Assembly: GCA_046583355.1 (NCBI GenBank)
Contig: JAYGCM010000073.1
Coordinates: 1-64,000, forward strand
Source of the DNA: Deltaproteobacteria bacterium
GTDB lineage: Bacteria > Desulfobacterota > Binatia > UBA12015
Length of the DNA: 64,000 bases
Reading direction: 5' to 3'
A program made the translations under genes and the position numbers. Below, one piece after another: positions 32,904 through 42,577 of this stretch (within the stretch, counting starts at the first letter, position 1; the number at the start of each line of letters is the position of its first letter). Below the pieces are notes generated by a model, which did no database searches, had not been told where the DNA came from, and was given only the letters and a program-made list of their open reading frames with translations.

Positions 32904-34019
32904 ATGAAAACCTCTCATTGGACAATCGCTGCCTGGATCCGAATCGCCATCTTCTCTCTGCTCACAGCAATCGCGCTGCCCGCACCCATCGGGAACGCCG
33001 CCGCCGCTCCCTTCGCGGGCGCCCTGAGCATCAGCCCGATTCCGGGCTCGGACCCACTAGTGAGCTATTTCGCCAAACGCGTCGTGGTCTTCGGCGTCGA
33101 CATCGTCGCCACCGGCACGGTTGCGGATGCGAAGCTCCTGCATGCGGCCAATATCATGGCCAAATATCTCGACGGCAACGAAGATGGCGTGGCTGACAAC
33201 GCAGCCGTCGCGGATGCGATGGTCGCCAACCAGGCCCTCCTCGTCATGTTCCGCAATTCGAGCCAACTCGACGCCTCGGACTTCTGGGACTCGTCGCAGG
33301 CCCAGTTCGCGCAGGACCTCCAGGCCAATGAGACCAACCCCGCCGGCGGCTTCGATGCGAGTCTCGAAGAGGTGCTGCATCTGATCCAGACAGCCGGCTA
33401 CTCGCCGGTCTATGCCGCCCTCCAAACCAGCAACGGCAGCGCTCTCAGCGACGCCATGGACCTCGCCCGCGGCGGCCATTTCAACAACGTCCCCAACCAA
33501 TACCCCGCCAGCGCCTGGTATCATTACGATGACTCCACCTGCGATTATGAATGTCAGGGCAGCGAGTATTTCTATTGGGGTCTGACCACCTGGCTGGGCG
33601 CGCAATCCGGGCGCTGCGACGACATCATCGACGAGTGGGAGCCGTGCACGCCGGCCGCTCTGGCCGCACAAGACCCTGCGCTTTACGCGATCCTGACCAA
33701 CCCGAGCTACGGACTCCCGACGGCTCTCCCCGACGGCTCCTACTTCGCGGTCGCCGGTGCCATCTGTGGTGACGGTATCACCGAGGGCAGCGAGCAATGC
33801 GACGCCGGCGAGGCGGCTGGCAACAAGGGAAGAAGCTGCTGCACCGAAGACTGCCAATACAAGCCCGACGGCGCGGCCAGTTGCGACAATAACCTGTGTA
33901 CGATCGATACCTGCACCGCGGGCGTCTGCAGCACCGGCGCCTGCCGCGACGCCCAGGCCTGCTCGGTCTGCGGCGGCACCTGCTCCGCGGCCGGTGGCGA
34001 CTGCGCCTGCGTCTTTTGA
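32904..34019 (+). CDS. Secreted protein: zincin-like domain plus Cys-rich C-terminal repeats
   Basis: Signal peptide; LEEVLHLI and EYFYW; ICGDGITEGSEQCD (myxobacterial Cys-rich repeat-like) and CDNNLCTIDTC. Confidence 0.75.
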   Translation: MKTSHWTIAAWIRIAIFSLLTAIALPAPIGNAAAAPFAGALSISPIPGSDPLVSYFAKRVVVFGVDIVATGTVADAKLLHAANIMAKYLDGNEDGVADNAAVADAMVANQALLVMFRNSSQLDASDFWDSSQAQFAQDLQANETNPAGGFDASLEEVLHLIQTAGYSPVYAALQTSNGSALSDAMDLARGGHFNNVPNQYPASAWYHYDDSTCDYECQGSEYFYWGLTTWLGAQSGRCDDIIDEWEPCTPAALAAQDPALYAILTNPSYGLPTALPDGSYFAVAGAICGDGITEGSEQCDAGEAAGNKGRSCCTEDCQYKPDGAASCDNNLCTIDTCTAGVCSTGACRDAQACSVCGGTCSAAGGDCACVF

Positions 34020-34133
34020 GTCCCGCCTTGCAGGGCTGGCTGAACCTCACAAGCCCGCCTCCTCGACCCCGGCAGCTACCTGTGACAGGTTCGCTACGCC
34101 CGGCCTTACAGCGGGCCTTCAAGGGGGTGTGAA

Positions 34134-34535
34134 ATGACAACCGATCTTTATATGCTGGCGTACTCAGGCCTGCTCGCCATGCTGATCCCGGTGATTGCGA
34201 TTGCCGGGCGCTTTCAGGCGGACCCGAAACTGAAATGGGGGCTGGGCAACCGCGAGACGGAATTGGCCGGCCAACCCGCATGGGCAGAGCGCACCGCACG
34301 GGCACACCGCAACCTGCTCGAGAACCTGCCGGTTTTTGCCATCTTCGTTCTCACCGCCCAGGTGGCCGGCCTCGCCAATGAGACGACGGCGCTGGGAGCG
34401 ACGCTCTTTTTCTACGGGCGCATCGCCCACGTCATCACCTATATCGCGGGACTTGTGCCGTGGCGCACCCTGGCCTTCGCCGTCGCTGTGACGGGCGAGT
34501 TGATCATCCTGAGCGAAATCCTCGGCGGGCGCTGA
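34134..34535 (+). CDS. MAPEG family membrane protein
   Basis: Motifs GNRE, RTARAHRNLLENLPVFA and GRIAHVITYIAG..PWRT. Confidence 0.9.
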   Translation: MTTDLYMLAYSGLLAMLIPVIAIAGRFQADPKLKWGLGNRETELAGQPAWAERTARAHRNLLENLPVFAIFVLTAQVAGLANETTALGATLFFYGRIAHVITYIAGLVPWRTLAFAVAVTGELIILSEILGGR

Positions 34536-34608
34536 CGGCCTGCCTTGGCGCTGGCTTCGCGCCAGCAGCTCGTTATAGCTCGGCAACGCAGGGAGCGGGG
34601 AGAAGAGG

Positions 34609-35946
34609 ATGGCAGCAGAGAAACAAGGCGGCCGCGGAGCCTTTGGCAGTGACCTCGGCTTCGTGCTGGCGGCCACCGGCAGCGCGGTCGGACTCGGGAA
34701 TATCTGGAAGTTCCCGTATATCACCGGCGAATATGGTGGCGGTGCGTTCGTGCTTGTCTACCTGGGCTGCATTGCGCTGGTCGGCTTGCCGCTGCTCTAC
34801 GCAGAGATGATCATCGGCCGGCGCGGCGGCCGTGACGTGCTCGGTAGCATGCGCCGCCTCACGGCAGACGCCGGCCTGACCGGCCAGGTGGTCAGCGTCG
34901 CCACCGGCACCCTTGCGGTCGCCTCGGGTTTCTTCATCCTCTCCTATTATTCGGTGGTGGCCGGGTGGGCGCTACATTTCCTTGCCATCGCCCTGGGTCT
35001 GGCCACTGCTGACCCCGCCGGCGCCGAAGCCACCTTCAACGGACTGGCCGGCAACGCGATGCTCTCCGGTTTCTGGCATAGCGTCTTCATGGTGCTGGTC
35101 GTGGCGGTCGTGGCCGGCGGCGTAAAAGGCGGAATCGAGCGCGCCTGCAAGGTTCTCATGCCCACGCTCATGGTGCTTCTGCTGGCGCTGCTCGTCTATG
35201 TCGCGTTCACGGGCGGGCTCGCCACCTCGGCGGCTTTTCTCTTCCGTCCGGATTTCTCGAAAATCACCGGTGAGGCAATCCTCGAAGCGCTCGGTCATGC
35301 CTTCTTCACCCTCTCGCTGGGTATGGGCGCGATGGTCACCTACGGCTCCTACCTCGACTCGGACAAACACGTAATCCGTGACGGCTTCTCGGTTGCCTTC
35401 CTCGACACCGCAATCGCTTTGGTCTCGGGCCTGGTCATCTTCGCCGTGGTCTTCTCGATGGGCGCCACGCCGGGTGCCGGGCCGGGACTGGTCTTCATCA
35501 CCCTGCCCGACCTCTTCGCCGGCATCCCCGGCGGCGCCTTGGTGGCGATCGCCTTCTTCGCATTGCTGGTGCTGGCGGCCTGGTCCTCGGGGATTTCCTT
35601 GCTTGAGGTGGTGGTCGCACTGGCGGTCGACCGCTTCGGTATCGAGCGCCACAAGGCCGCCATCGGCATCGGCCTCGCGATCTGGGCTCTGGGCCTGCCC
35701 TCGGCAATGGACGGCGCGTGGCTCGATTTCATGGACAACCTCACGACCCGCTATATGCTGCCGATCGGTGGATTGCTGATCTCGATTGCCGCCGGCTGGC
35801 TGGTCGGCCGGGCCGACCGCGAAGCGGGCTTCGACGCGCTCGCCGGCGGTGGGCGCAGGCTCGCCCGCGCCTGGACCTTCGCGATCCGCTGGATCACGCC
35901 TGCAATGGTCGCCCTGGTCATTCTGCATGGCCTCGGGTTTTTCTAG
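34609..35946 (+). CDS. Sodium-dependent transporter (NSS/SNF family)
   Basis: GSAVGLGNIWKFPY, GGGAF, FFTLSLGMG and GPGLVFITLP. Confidence 0.95.
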   Translation: MAAEKQGGRGAFGSDLGFVLAATGSAVGLGNIWKFPYITGEYGGGAFVLVYLGCIALVGLPLLYAEMIIGRRGGRDVLGSMRRLTADAGLTGQVVSVATGTLAVASGFFILSYYSVVAGWALHFLAIALGLATADPAGAEATFNGLAGNAMLSGFWHSVFMVLVVAVVAGGVKGGIERACKVLMPTLMVLLLALLVYVAFTGGLATSAAFLFRPDFSKITGEAILEALGHAFFTLSLGMGAMVTYGSYLDSDKHVIRDGFSVAFLDTAIALVSGLVIFAVVFSMGATPGAGPGLVFITLPDLFAGIPGGALVAIAFFALLVLAAWSSGISLLEVVVALAVDRFGIERHKAAIGIGLAIWALGLPSAMDGAWLDFMDNLTTRYMLPIGGLLISIAAGWLVGRADREAGFDALAGGGRRLARAWTFAIRWITPAMVALVILHGLGFF

Positions 35947-36011
35947 AAGCCGCGCAAGCGGAGTGAGCGGCCTGATGTGCAGTTTGCGCTCGAATAAAAT
36001 AGGATGGGGCC

Positions 36012-36731
36012 ATGCACGTTGACGAGAAACTGCAAGCCAGAATCGATGAGGTCGGCCAGACTCTGGCCCGCGGACTGGGGAAGAACCTCGCCTGCCTGGC
36101 CGTATACGGCAGCGCCGCCGGTGAGGAGTTCTCGCCCGAGCACTCCGATGTAAACCTCCTGATCGTCCTTGAGGATGTGCATTTCGCCGACCTCGAGCTG
36201 ATCGGCGAGACGCTCGCGCGCGAGGCCACCAGCGGACTCCGCCTGGCCACGCCGCTGGTGATCGCCCCTTCGTTCCTGCGCGATGCGCGCGACTCCTTCC
36301 CCATGGAGCTGGCCGATATTGCGCGCCGCCACCGCTTGCTTGCGGGCGAGGATATTCTCTCCGACATCCATGTGCAGAAAGACCGGCTGCGTGAGCAGGC
36401 CGAGCGCGAGGCGCGCAGCAAATTGCTGCGCCTGCGCGCGCTCATCCTGCACCGCCCCGAGGCCGCCGAGGTCCGCGAGGGCCTGATCGGCCTGGTGTCG
36501 AGCTTCACTGTGATCGAACGCGCGCTGCTCGGCGACGATGCCACCGGCGAGGCGCTCTTCGTCCACGTCGAGCGCGCCCAGGGGCTGCGCCTGCACACAC
36601 TCGAGCGTATCTGCCGCATTCGCGAGGGCGCGGAGAGCTGGCCGGGCGACGCCGACCTGCGCGAACTCCTCATCGCCGCGGCCGGCGAAGTCGAAGCCCT
36701 GGTGCGATGGGTGGATCAACATGCGGGCTGA
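36012..36731 (+). CDS. Nucleotidyltransferase-fold protein
   Basis: Pol-beta-like VYGSAA...SDVNLLIV motif followed by a helical C-domain; overlaps the TPM gene start. Confidence 0.75.
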   Translation: MHVDEKLQARIDEVGQTLARGLGKNLACLAVYGSAAGEEFSPEHSDVNLLIVLEDVHFADLELIGETLAREATSGLRLATPLVIAPSFLRDARDSFPMELADIARRHRLLAGEDILSDIHVQKDRLREQAEREARSKLLRLRALILHRPEAAEVREGLIGLVSSFTVIERALLGDDATGEALFVHVERAQGLRLHTLERICRIREGAESWPGDADLRELLIAAAGEVEALVRWVDQHAG

Positions 36732-37548
36732 GCGTCTGCGGCCGGCCCTTTTCAGCCTGCTGCTTCTCGCAGCCCTTGCGAGCGCGCCCCTTGCGAGCGC
36801 GGCCACCGATATCCCCGGCCTGCCCCGGCCCACCGGCTTCGTCACCGATACCGCCGGCATCATCCCGGCCGATGTGCGTAAAAAAATTGAAGCTCTCGAT
36901 ACCGAATTGCGACAAAAGACCGGCGCCGAGATCGCCGTCATCACCGTGCGGACCACCGGCGAGGACGATATTTTCGATTATGCCATGGCAATCTCCGAGG
37001 CATGGCAGCCCGGCACCAAAGGCAAGGACAACGGCGTCGTCTTCCTGATCTCGGTGGACGATCGCAAGATGCAGATCCTCACCGGCTACGGCGTCGAAGG
37101 CGCCCTGCCCGACGGCCTGATCGGTGAGATCCGCGACCGCATTGTACGGCCGGCCTTCCGTGCCGGCGATTTCGGTGGCGGTATTCTAGAGGCGACGGTG
37201 GTGATGGCGCAGCGTATCGCGGCCGACTCCGGCGTCACCTTGACCGGCGTGCCCGAGATCCGCCGGCGCCGCGCGCGGCGCGGGGGTGCTCGTTCGCTCT
37301 TTCCGCTGATCCTGATGGCCGCCTTCATGATCATGCGCATGGTCGAGTCGCGCCGTGGCGGCCGTGGCGGGCGGCGCCGCGGTGGTGCCGGCTCGGCCCT
37401 GCTCCTGGGCGGTTTGCTCGGCCATAGCCTCGGACGACGCCACTCGGGCTACGGCTCTTTCGGGGGCGGCTTCGGCGGTGGCGGGGGTGGCTTTGGTGGC
37501 TTCGGCGGTGGCGGTTTTGGCGGCGGCGGTGCCGGCGGCGGCTGGTAG
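36721..37548 (+). CDS. TPM-domain (YgcG-like) protein with Gly-rich tail
   Basis: Signal peptide, FVTDTAG, DNGVVFLI...DR...I.TGYGVEGALPD, a TM helix and GGGFGGGGAGGGW end. Confidence 0.93.
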   Translation: MRAERLRPALFSLLLLAALASAPLASAATDIPGLPRPTGFVTDTAGIIPADVRKKIEALDTELRQKTGAEIAVITVRTTGEDDIFDYAMAISEAWQPGTKGKDNGVVFLISVDDRKMQILTGYGVEGALPDGLIGEIRDRIVRPAFRAGDFGGGILEATVVMAQRIAADSGVTLTGVPEIRRRRARRGGARSLFPLILMAAFMIMRMVESRRGGRGGRRRGGAGSALLLGGLLGHSLGRRHSGYGSFGGGFGGGGGGFGGFGGGGFGGGGAGGGW

Positions 37549-37593
37549 CCTCGGGCTCGTATTGGGATCCGCAACAGGAAAGAAGAGAGAATC

Positions 37594-38169
37594 ATGAACT
37601 GGATGAGACGAAACCTTCGCACCAACCCGGCTTTCCCGGCCCTGGCAATTCTATTGGCGACGACGCTCTCGGGCTGCGGCTACAATACGATGGTCCGCGA
37701 GCGCGAGGCGATCGATGCCTCCTGGGCCCAGGTCGAGAACCAATTACAACGTCGCAACGACCTGATCCCCAACCTGGTCTCCACCACCAAGGGATATGCG
37801 TCGCATGAAAAAGAGATCTTCACGGCTGTCGCCGATGCACGCTCGCGCCTGATGGGAGCAAAGACACGCGACGAGAAAATCCAGGCCTCCAACCAGGTCT
37901 CCAGCGCCCTCTCGCGGCTGCTCATGATCTCCGAGGCCTACCCCCAGCTCAAGGCCGATACGCAATTCTCCCGGCTCTCCGACGAGCTGGCCGGCACCGA
38001 GAACCGCATTGCCACCGAGCGGCGCCGCTACAACGAGACCGTGCGCACCTTCAATACTACCGTGAAAAGCTTCCCGACCACGCTCTTCGCCGGCTGCTTC
38101 GGCTTCTCGAAGGCCGAATATTTCGAGGCACCAAAAGAAGCCCAGGCCGTCCCGAAGGTCGCATTCTAG
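37594..38169 (+). CDS. LemA family protein (lipoprotein signal LSGC)
   Basis: WAQVENQLQRRNDLIPNLV, EAYPQLKA and ELAGTENRIATERRRYN. Confidence 0.95.
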   Translation: MNWMRRNLRTNPAFPALAILLATTLSGCGYNTMVREREAIDASWAQVENQLQRRNDLIPNLVSTTKGYASHEKEIFTAVADARSRLMGAKTRDEKIQASNQVSSALSRLLMISEAYPQLKADTQFSRLSDELAGTENRIATERRRYNETVRTFNTTVKSFPTTLFAGCFGFSKAEYFEAPKEAQAVPKVAF

Positions 38170-38262
38170 AGAGCCGATGAACTTTTCGAATTGTGCCACA
38201 GAGATCCGGCCGGAAAGTTCGCCTCCAGTTGACAGCCGCCACGCGGCACGCGAGACCCGAAT

Positions 38263-39111
38263 ATGACGAAATTTGCCGATCTGGCCGAGGTGCGCCTCGC
38301 CTGGGAGACGCGCGGGGATTCCTCTGCTCTGCCTCTGGTTCTTGTTCGCGGCCTGGGCACGCAGATGATCGAGTGGAGCGAGGTGCTGCTCGACACGCTG
38401 GCCGACGCCGGTCATTTCGTGATTCTCTTTGATAACCGGGACGTCGGCCTCTCCAGCGGCTTTGAAGATGCCGGCACCGACGGCCCTGCCTACTCGCTGA
38501 AGGATATGGCCGGTGACGTCGCCGGCCTGCTCGACCATTTGGAGATCGAACGCGCACATATCGCCGGCATGTCGATGGGCGGGATGATCGCCCAACGCTT
38601 CGGCCTCGCCTTCCCCGAGCGCACCCTCTCGGTCACCTCCATCATGTCCTCGACGGGAAAGCAGGACCTGCCGCCACCCACCGAAGAGGCTCGGTATTAC
38701 CTCACTGCCACACCCGAAAATGCCGACGACGAAGAAGAAGCCGTCGAGCTCATCGTCAAGGGCCGCCTCTGTTTCGACGGCGGAGCCTATCCAACCGATA
38801 TCGAGATCCACCGCAAGGCCGTGCGCCGGGCCTATCGGCGCGCCAACCGCCCCGATGGCGTCGCCCGCCAGATGGCCGCGATCTTCTCGGACCCGACCCG
38901 CCGCGACGAACTCGCCGGGCTACAGGCGCCCCTCTTGGTCATCCACGGCACCGACGACAGCCTGCTGCCGCTCGGCCATGGCATGGATACCGCCAACGCG
39001 ATTCCCGGTGCGCGCATGGAGGTCGTCGAAGGGATGGGACATGCCTTGCCCGACAGCCTCGCGCCGCTCATCGCCGATCTCATCACCTCGCATACCCGCG
39101 GCTCCGCATGA
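38263..39111 (+). CDS. Alpha/beta fold hydrolase
   Basis: Motifs FDNRDVGLS, GMSMGG nucleophile, HGTDD and GMGH. Confidence 0.92.
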   Translation: MTKFADLAEVRLAWETRGDSSALPLVLVRGLGTQMIEWSEVLLDTLADAGHFVILFDNRDVGLSSGFEDAGTDGPAYSLKDMAGDVAGLLDHLEIERAHIAGMSMGGMIAQRFGLAFPERTLSVTSIMSSTGKQDLPPPTEEARYYLTATPENADDEEEAVELIVKGRLCFDGGAYPTDIEIHRKAVRRAYRRANRPDGVARQMAAIFSDPTRRDELAGLQAPLLVIHGTDDSLLPLGHGMDTANAIPGARMEVVEGMGHALPDSLAPLIADLITSHTRGSA

Positions 39112-40007
39112 TGGACGAATCGGCATCTCCGACCTGCCCGGCCTGCGACAAAACCGGCACCGACCGGGAGACCCGCGTCCCGGACCACGAATACGGCGTC
39201 GCCTTCATCGCGACCTACGCCCGCTGCGCGCATTGCGCCTCGGAGTTCCAGGTACCGATGCCTGACGGCGCGACCCTCGCCGGCTTCTACCCGGCCACCT
39301 ACCACTCGATGCAAAGCGGCGGCCTGCTGGTGCGCTTGCGCAACGAGATGCGCTGGAAACGGCTGGCCGGTCTCCTCCAAGGCGACGGCGTGGTGCTCGA
39401 CTACGGCTGCGGCGAGGGACAATTCCTGCTGCATGCCGCGCGGCGCACACCACAGCGACGCTTTTTCGGTTACGAAATCGCAGACAAGCGCGAAATTCGG
39501 CACCTCGAAAAGGGGCGGGTCACGATCGTCCGTGGCTCGGTGAACGACCTCCTCGGCGTCTTGCCCAGTTGCGCGCTCATTACGATGAACCATGTGATTG
39601 AGCACCTGCCCGATCCGTGCATGACCATCGGCCCTCTGACCGAGCGCTTGGCGACCGGCGGCGTCTTTGAGGGACAAACACCCGCGGCCGATTCGCTGGA
39701 ACAGCGCATCTTTCAGACACGTTGGAGCGGCTACCATGCACCCCGCCATACAATCGTCTTCTCGCCCGACGGATTGCGTGCGCTCCTTTCGCGCCTGGGC
39801 CTCGCGGAGGCGGAAATCCGCGGCACCTTCAACCCGGCCGGATTGGCGCTCAGTCTGGCCTCCCTGCGCCACGGCGAAACCGGCGGAACGCTTACGCGCT
39901 CGGGCATGGCTTGGCTAATCGGGCTCGGCCTGGCCACCGGCCTCTCCGTGATCGACCTGCTCTCAGGCGCACCTGCAGTGGTCGATTTCTCAGCAAGGCG
40001 CGCGTAG
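39108..40007 (+). CDS. Class I SAM-dependent methyltransferase with N-terminal Zn-ribbon
   Basis: CPAC...CAHC, VLDYGCGEG, NHVIEHLPDP and W.GYHAPRH. Confidence 0.88.
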   Translation: MMDESASPTCPACDKTGTDRETRVPDHEYGVAFIATYARCAHCASEFQVPMPDGATLAGFYPATYHSMQSGGLLVRLRNEMRWKRLAGLLQGDGVVLDYGCGEGQFLLHAARRTPQRRFFGYEIADKREIRHLEKGRVTIVRGSVNDLLGVLPSCALITMNHVIEHLPDPCMTIGPLTERLATGGVFEGQTPAADSLEQRIFQTRWSGYHAPRHTIVFSPDGLRALLSRLGLAEAEIRGTFNPAGLALSLASLRHGETGGTLTRSGMAWLIGLGLATGLSVIDLLSGAPAVVDFSARRA

Positions 40008-40020
40008 GCTTGTTCCTGCG

Positions 40021-40962
40021 ATGCTTGGAATCGACGAGAGCCGCATAGCCCTGCGCAAGCGCCCCGATATCATCTCTGCGCTGCGCGTCGCCGCCCACCT
40101 GATCTTCGTTTTCCTGCCTGTGTACCTGGCGGCCATGGTCGGCCCGAGCCTCTGGCTCTTGCCTCTTTGGCTCTGGTTCGGCCTCTCGATGCACGGGGTC
40201 CTCAACCTGATGCACGAGGCCTCGCATTTCCACGTCTTCCGCGCGCGCGCCGCCTCGGACCGGCTCGGGCATTGGCTGCTTGGCCCGCTTATCGCCTCCG
40301 ACTTCGAGACCTATCGTCAGCGTCATTGGGACCACCACCGCTTTGTCGGCCAGGACAACGACACAAAAGATGCCTATCTCCTCGATCTGCGCGGCCCCCG
40401 CTTCGCCACTTTTGTCCTGCGCTGCCTGCTACTCCAGGAGGCGCTGAGGAAATTCCGCTCGACGCGCAGCGGGGACGGCCCCGGCAAGGGAAAGCGCAGC
40501 AACAGCAAGAACATCTGGATGCTGCGAACTCTGTTTGTACAAGCCCTCTTCGGCCTCTCGCTGCTGGCTACGGCAGCCGCGGCGCATGGCAGCAGCGGCT
40601 GGACGATGTGGCTTAGCGCCGCGCTCGCCTGGGGAGCCATCTACGCCTACGGCATGATGGGACTTACGCTGTGTATCGCCAGCCTGCGGACCCTGGCCGA
40701 GCATGGGCCGGGCACCGCAGGCGAAAAAGGCGCGGCCACCGCCGGACGGGCACGGCTGCGCAATATCCGCTGTGGGCCACTCGGCCGCTTCTTGATGGGG
40801 AGCTACGGCTTCGCCGAACATGCCACGCACCACCGCTACCCGGCCATCCCGGCCTACCGGCTGCCTGCGGAAACGACGCGCCTGGTCGCATCGGGAGACG
40901 CGGAATTCGCGACGTATTCCTCCTATCTCGGGCGGCTGCTTAGCAGCCTGCGCGGCGTCTGA
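40021..40962 (+). CDS. Membrane fatty acid desaturase family protein
   Basis: His boxes HEASH, HWDHH and HATHH, plus the R..AEH motif. Confidence 0.85.
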   Translation: MLGIDESRIALRKRPDIISALRVAAHLIFVFLPVYLAAMVGPSLWLLPLWLWFGLSMHGVLNLMHEASHFHVFRARAASDRLGHWLLGPLIASDFETYRQRHWDHHRFVGQDNDTKDAYLLDLRGPRFATFVLRCLLLQEALRKFRSTRSGDGPGKGKRSNSKNIWMLRTLFVQALFGLSLLATAAAAHGSSGWTMWLSAALAWGAIYAYGMMGLTLCIASLRTLAEHGPGTAGEKGAATAGRARLRNIRCGPLGRFLMGSYGFAEHATHHRYPAIPAYRLPAETTRLVASGDAEFATYSSYLGRLLSSLRGV

Positions 40963-41018
40963 ACCAAAGCCCGGCCGCAAGGCAGGGCTGCATCCGAGCG
41001 CTACTTGCCGCCTGGGCT

Positions 41019-41609
41019 CTACTGCGGAGGCCGGTCGCGGCTGCCAATCACGCGCGCCGGTGCGCCGGCGACGATGGCATATTCCTCGGTCGAGCTGGTC
41101 ACCACCGAGCCCGCACCAACCACCGTGCCGCGCCCGAGCGTCACGCCAGGCGTCACCACGGAATTTGCACCGATCCAGCAATCGTCGCCGATCACCACCG
41201 CAGCGCTGCGATGGCCCTGCTGGATAATCGGCAAAGACGGGTCGCCGTCCCAGCGATGCTGCGAGCTGACGATCACCACATTCGGCCCGACCAGAACATT
41301 GTCGCCCATGGTCAAGCCGCCGCGCCCGTCGAAGGTGCAGCCGGTATTGATGTGGTGGTTGCGACCAAAGCGGATGCCGTAGGAGTGGATGAATTGAACG
41401 CCGCGCGAGATATAGCCGAAGCCCGAAAGGCGCGCGAAGAGCAGGCGGTAGAAAAGATAGCGCAAGCCGAAGCCCAGCAGGCTCGGGATCGGGCGCAGGA
41501 TCGAGCCGATCCATTCTTCCGCATAGAGCGTCACGGCCTGGCGCAAATCCAGCGTGCCGAGCAGCCGGCGCAACTGGCCGAATGCGGTAGTCGGGGTCGC
41601 TTCAGCCAC
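41019..41609 (-). CDS. Hexapeptide-repeat (LbH) O-acyltransferase
   Basis: VVIGDDCWIGANSVVTPGVTLGRGTVVGAGSVVT and AGAPAR. Confidence 0.92.
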   Translation of the reverse strand: MAEATPTTAFGQLRRLLGTLDLRQAVTLYAEEWIGSILRPIPSLLGFGLRYLFYRLLFARLSGFGYISRGVQFIHSYGIRFGRNHHINTGCTFDGRGGLTMGDNVLVGPNVVIVSSQHRWDGDPSLPIIQQGHRSAAVVIGDDCWIGANSVVTPGVTLGRGTVVGAGSVVTSSTEEYAIVAGAPARVIGSRDRPPQ

Positions 41610-42483
41610 CTGCGCGGCTCCGCATAGCGGTGACGAAGATCTCGCCTACCGGGATCGGCCAGGGATGGTCGGCGAGACGCCGCGGCAAGATGCGGCCAAG
41701 GCCGCGCGCGAGAGGCGCAAGCGCGGGGGTGAAATGCCCCAGCTGCTCGGCTGCGTAATCGATCGTCAGCGGCTTGTAGGCCGGACGGATCTTCACGCCG
41801 GTCAATGCCGACTCCTTGAGCAGAAGCTCGATGGTGGCGGGATTGAAATAATGCACATGGTCGGGCGGTGCATAATAGAACCAGCTGCGGCCAAGGATGC
41901 GGGCGGCGAAGCTCGCGATATTGGGCACCGTGATCGCCAGCAGGCCGCCGGGCATCAGCCACTCACCGATACGCCGGACGAAATCGCGCGGCTCGGCGAG
42001 ATGTTCTACAACATCGAATGCAGTGATGACGGCATAGGAGCGCTCCGGGCGAAAATCCTCGACCGCGCCCTGGTGCACATTGAGCCCCTGCGCGCGGGCC
42101 TGCTCCACCGCGACGCTCGAGATCTCAAGCCCTTCGGCCGCAAGGCCGGCCGTCGATGCGGCCGCGACAAACGCACCCGTCGAGGCACCAACATCGAGCC
42201 AGGCTCCCGCAGGTGCCAATGGGCGCACCGCCGCGAGTCGGCTCTCGGCGATCGCCCGGCGGATCCCACCGGCCGAGGCGAAAGTCGCATAACCGCCTTC
42301 GGCGTAGCTGGTATCGTGATGCGCCTCGATTTCGGCCAACGTCGGCAGGGGCGCGATGGAGACCAGCCCACAAGCGCCGCAGCGCAGGAAATCCCAGCCC
42401 CCCTTGCGAAAAAGAAGCTCGGTCTGCGGCCCGCCACAGACTCTACAAATACTCTCGCCCATTTGGTTCAGCGTCGCCGACAT
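41602..42483 (-). CDS. Class I SAM-dependent methyltransferase with N-terminal Zn-ribbon
   Basis: CRVC...CGACG, LDVGASTG, FDVVEHL and PPDHVHYF. Confidence 0.88.
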   Translation of the reverse strand: MSATLNQMGESICRVCGGPQTELLFRKGGWDFLRCGACGLVSIAPLPTLAEIEAHHDTSYAEGGYATFASAGGIRRAIAESRLAAVRPLAPAGAWLDVGASTGAFVAAASTAGLAAEGLEISSVAVEQARAQGLNVHQGAVEDFRPERSYAVITAFDVVEHLAEPRDFVRRIGEWLMPGGLLAITVPNIASFAARILGRSWFYYAPPDHVHYFNPATIELLLKESALTGVKIRPAYKPLTIDYAAEQLGHFTPALAPLARGLGRILPRRLADHPWPIPVGEIFVTAMRSRAGG

Positions 42484-42577
42484 TCCTCTACAGTGTACCG
42501 ACCTTCGCTGCGAACCTCTACCTCATTGCGGACTCGCCCTTTCCGCTGCCGCTGGCGCTTGGCATACTGGATCTCCC

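Noticed and set aside
34078..34090. Palindrome ACCTGT-G-ACAGGT upstream of the MAPEG gene
   Set aside because: It is a single short occurrence with no adjacent regulator, and could be chance.
37447..37545. GGC/GGT-rich repeat tract
   Set aside because: It is the normal Gly-rich tail of TPM proteins, not a CRISPR or VNTR element.
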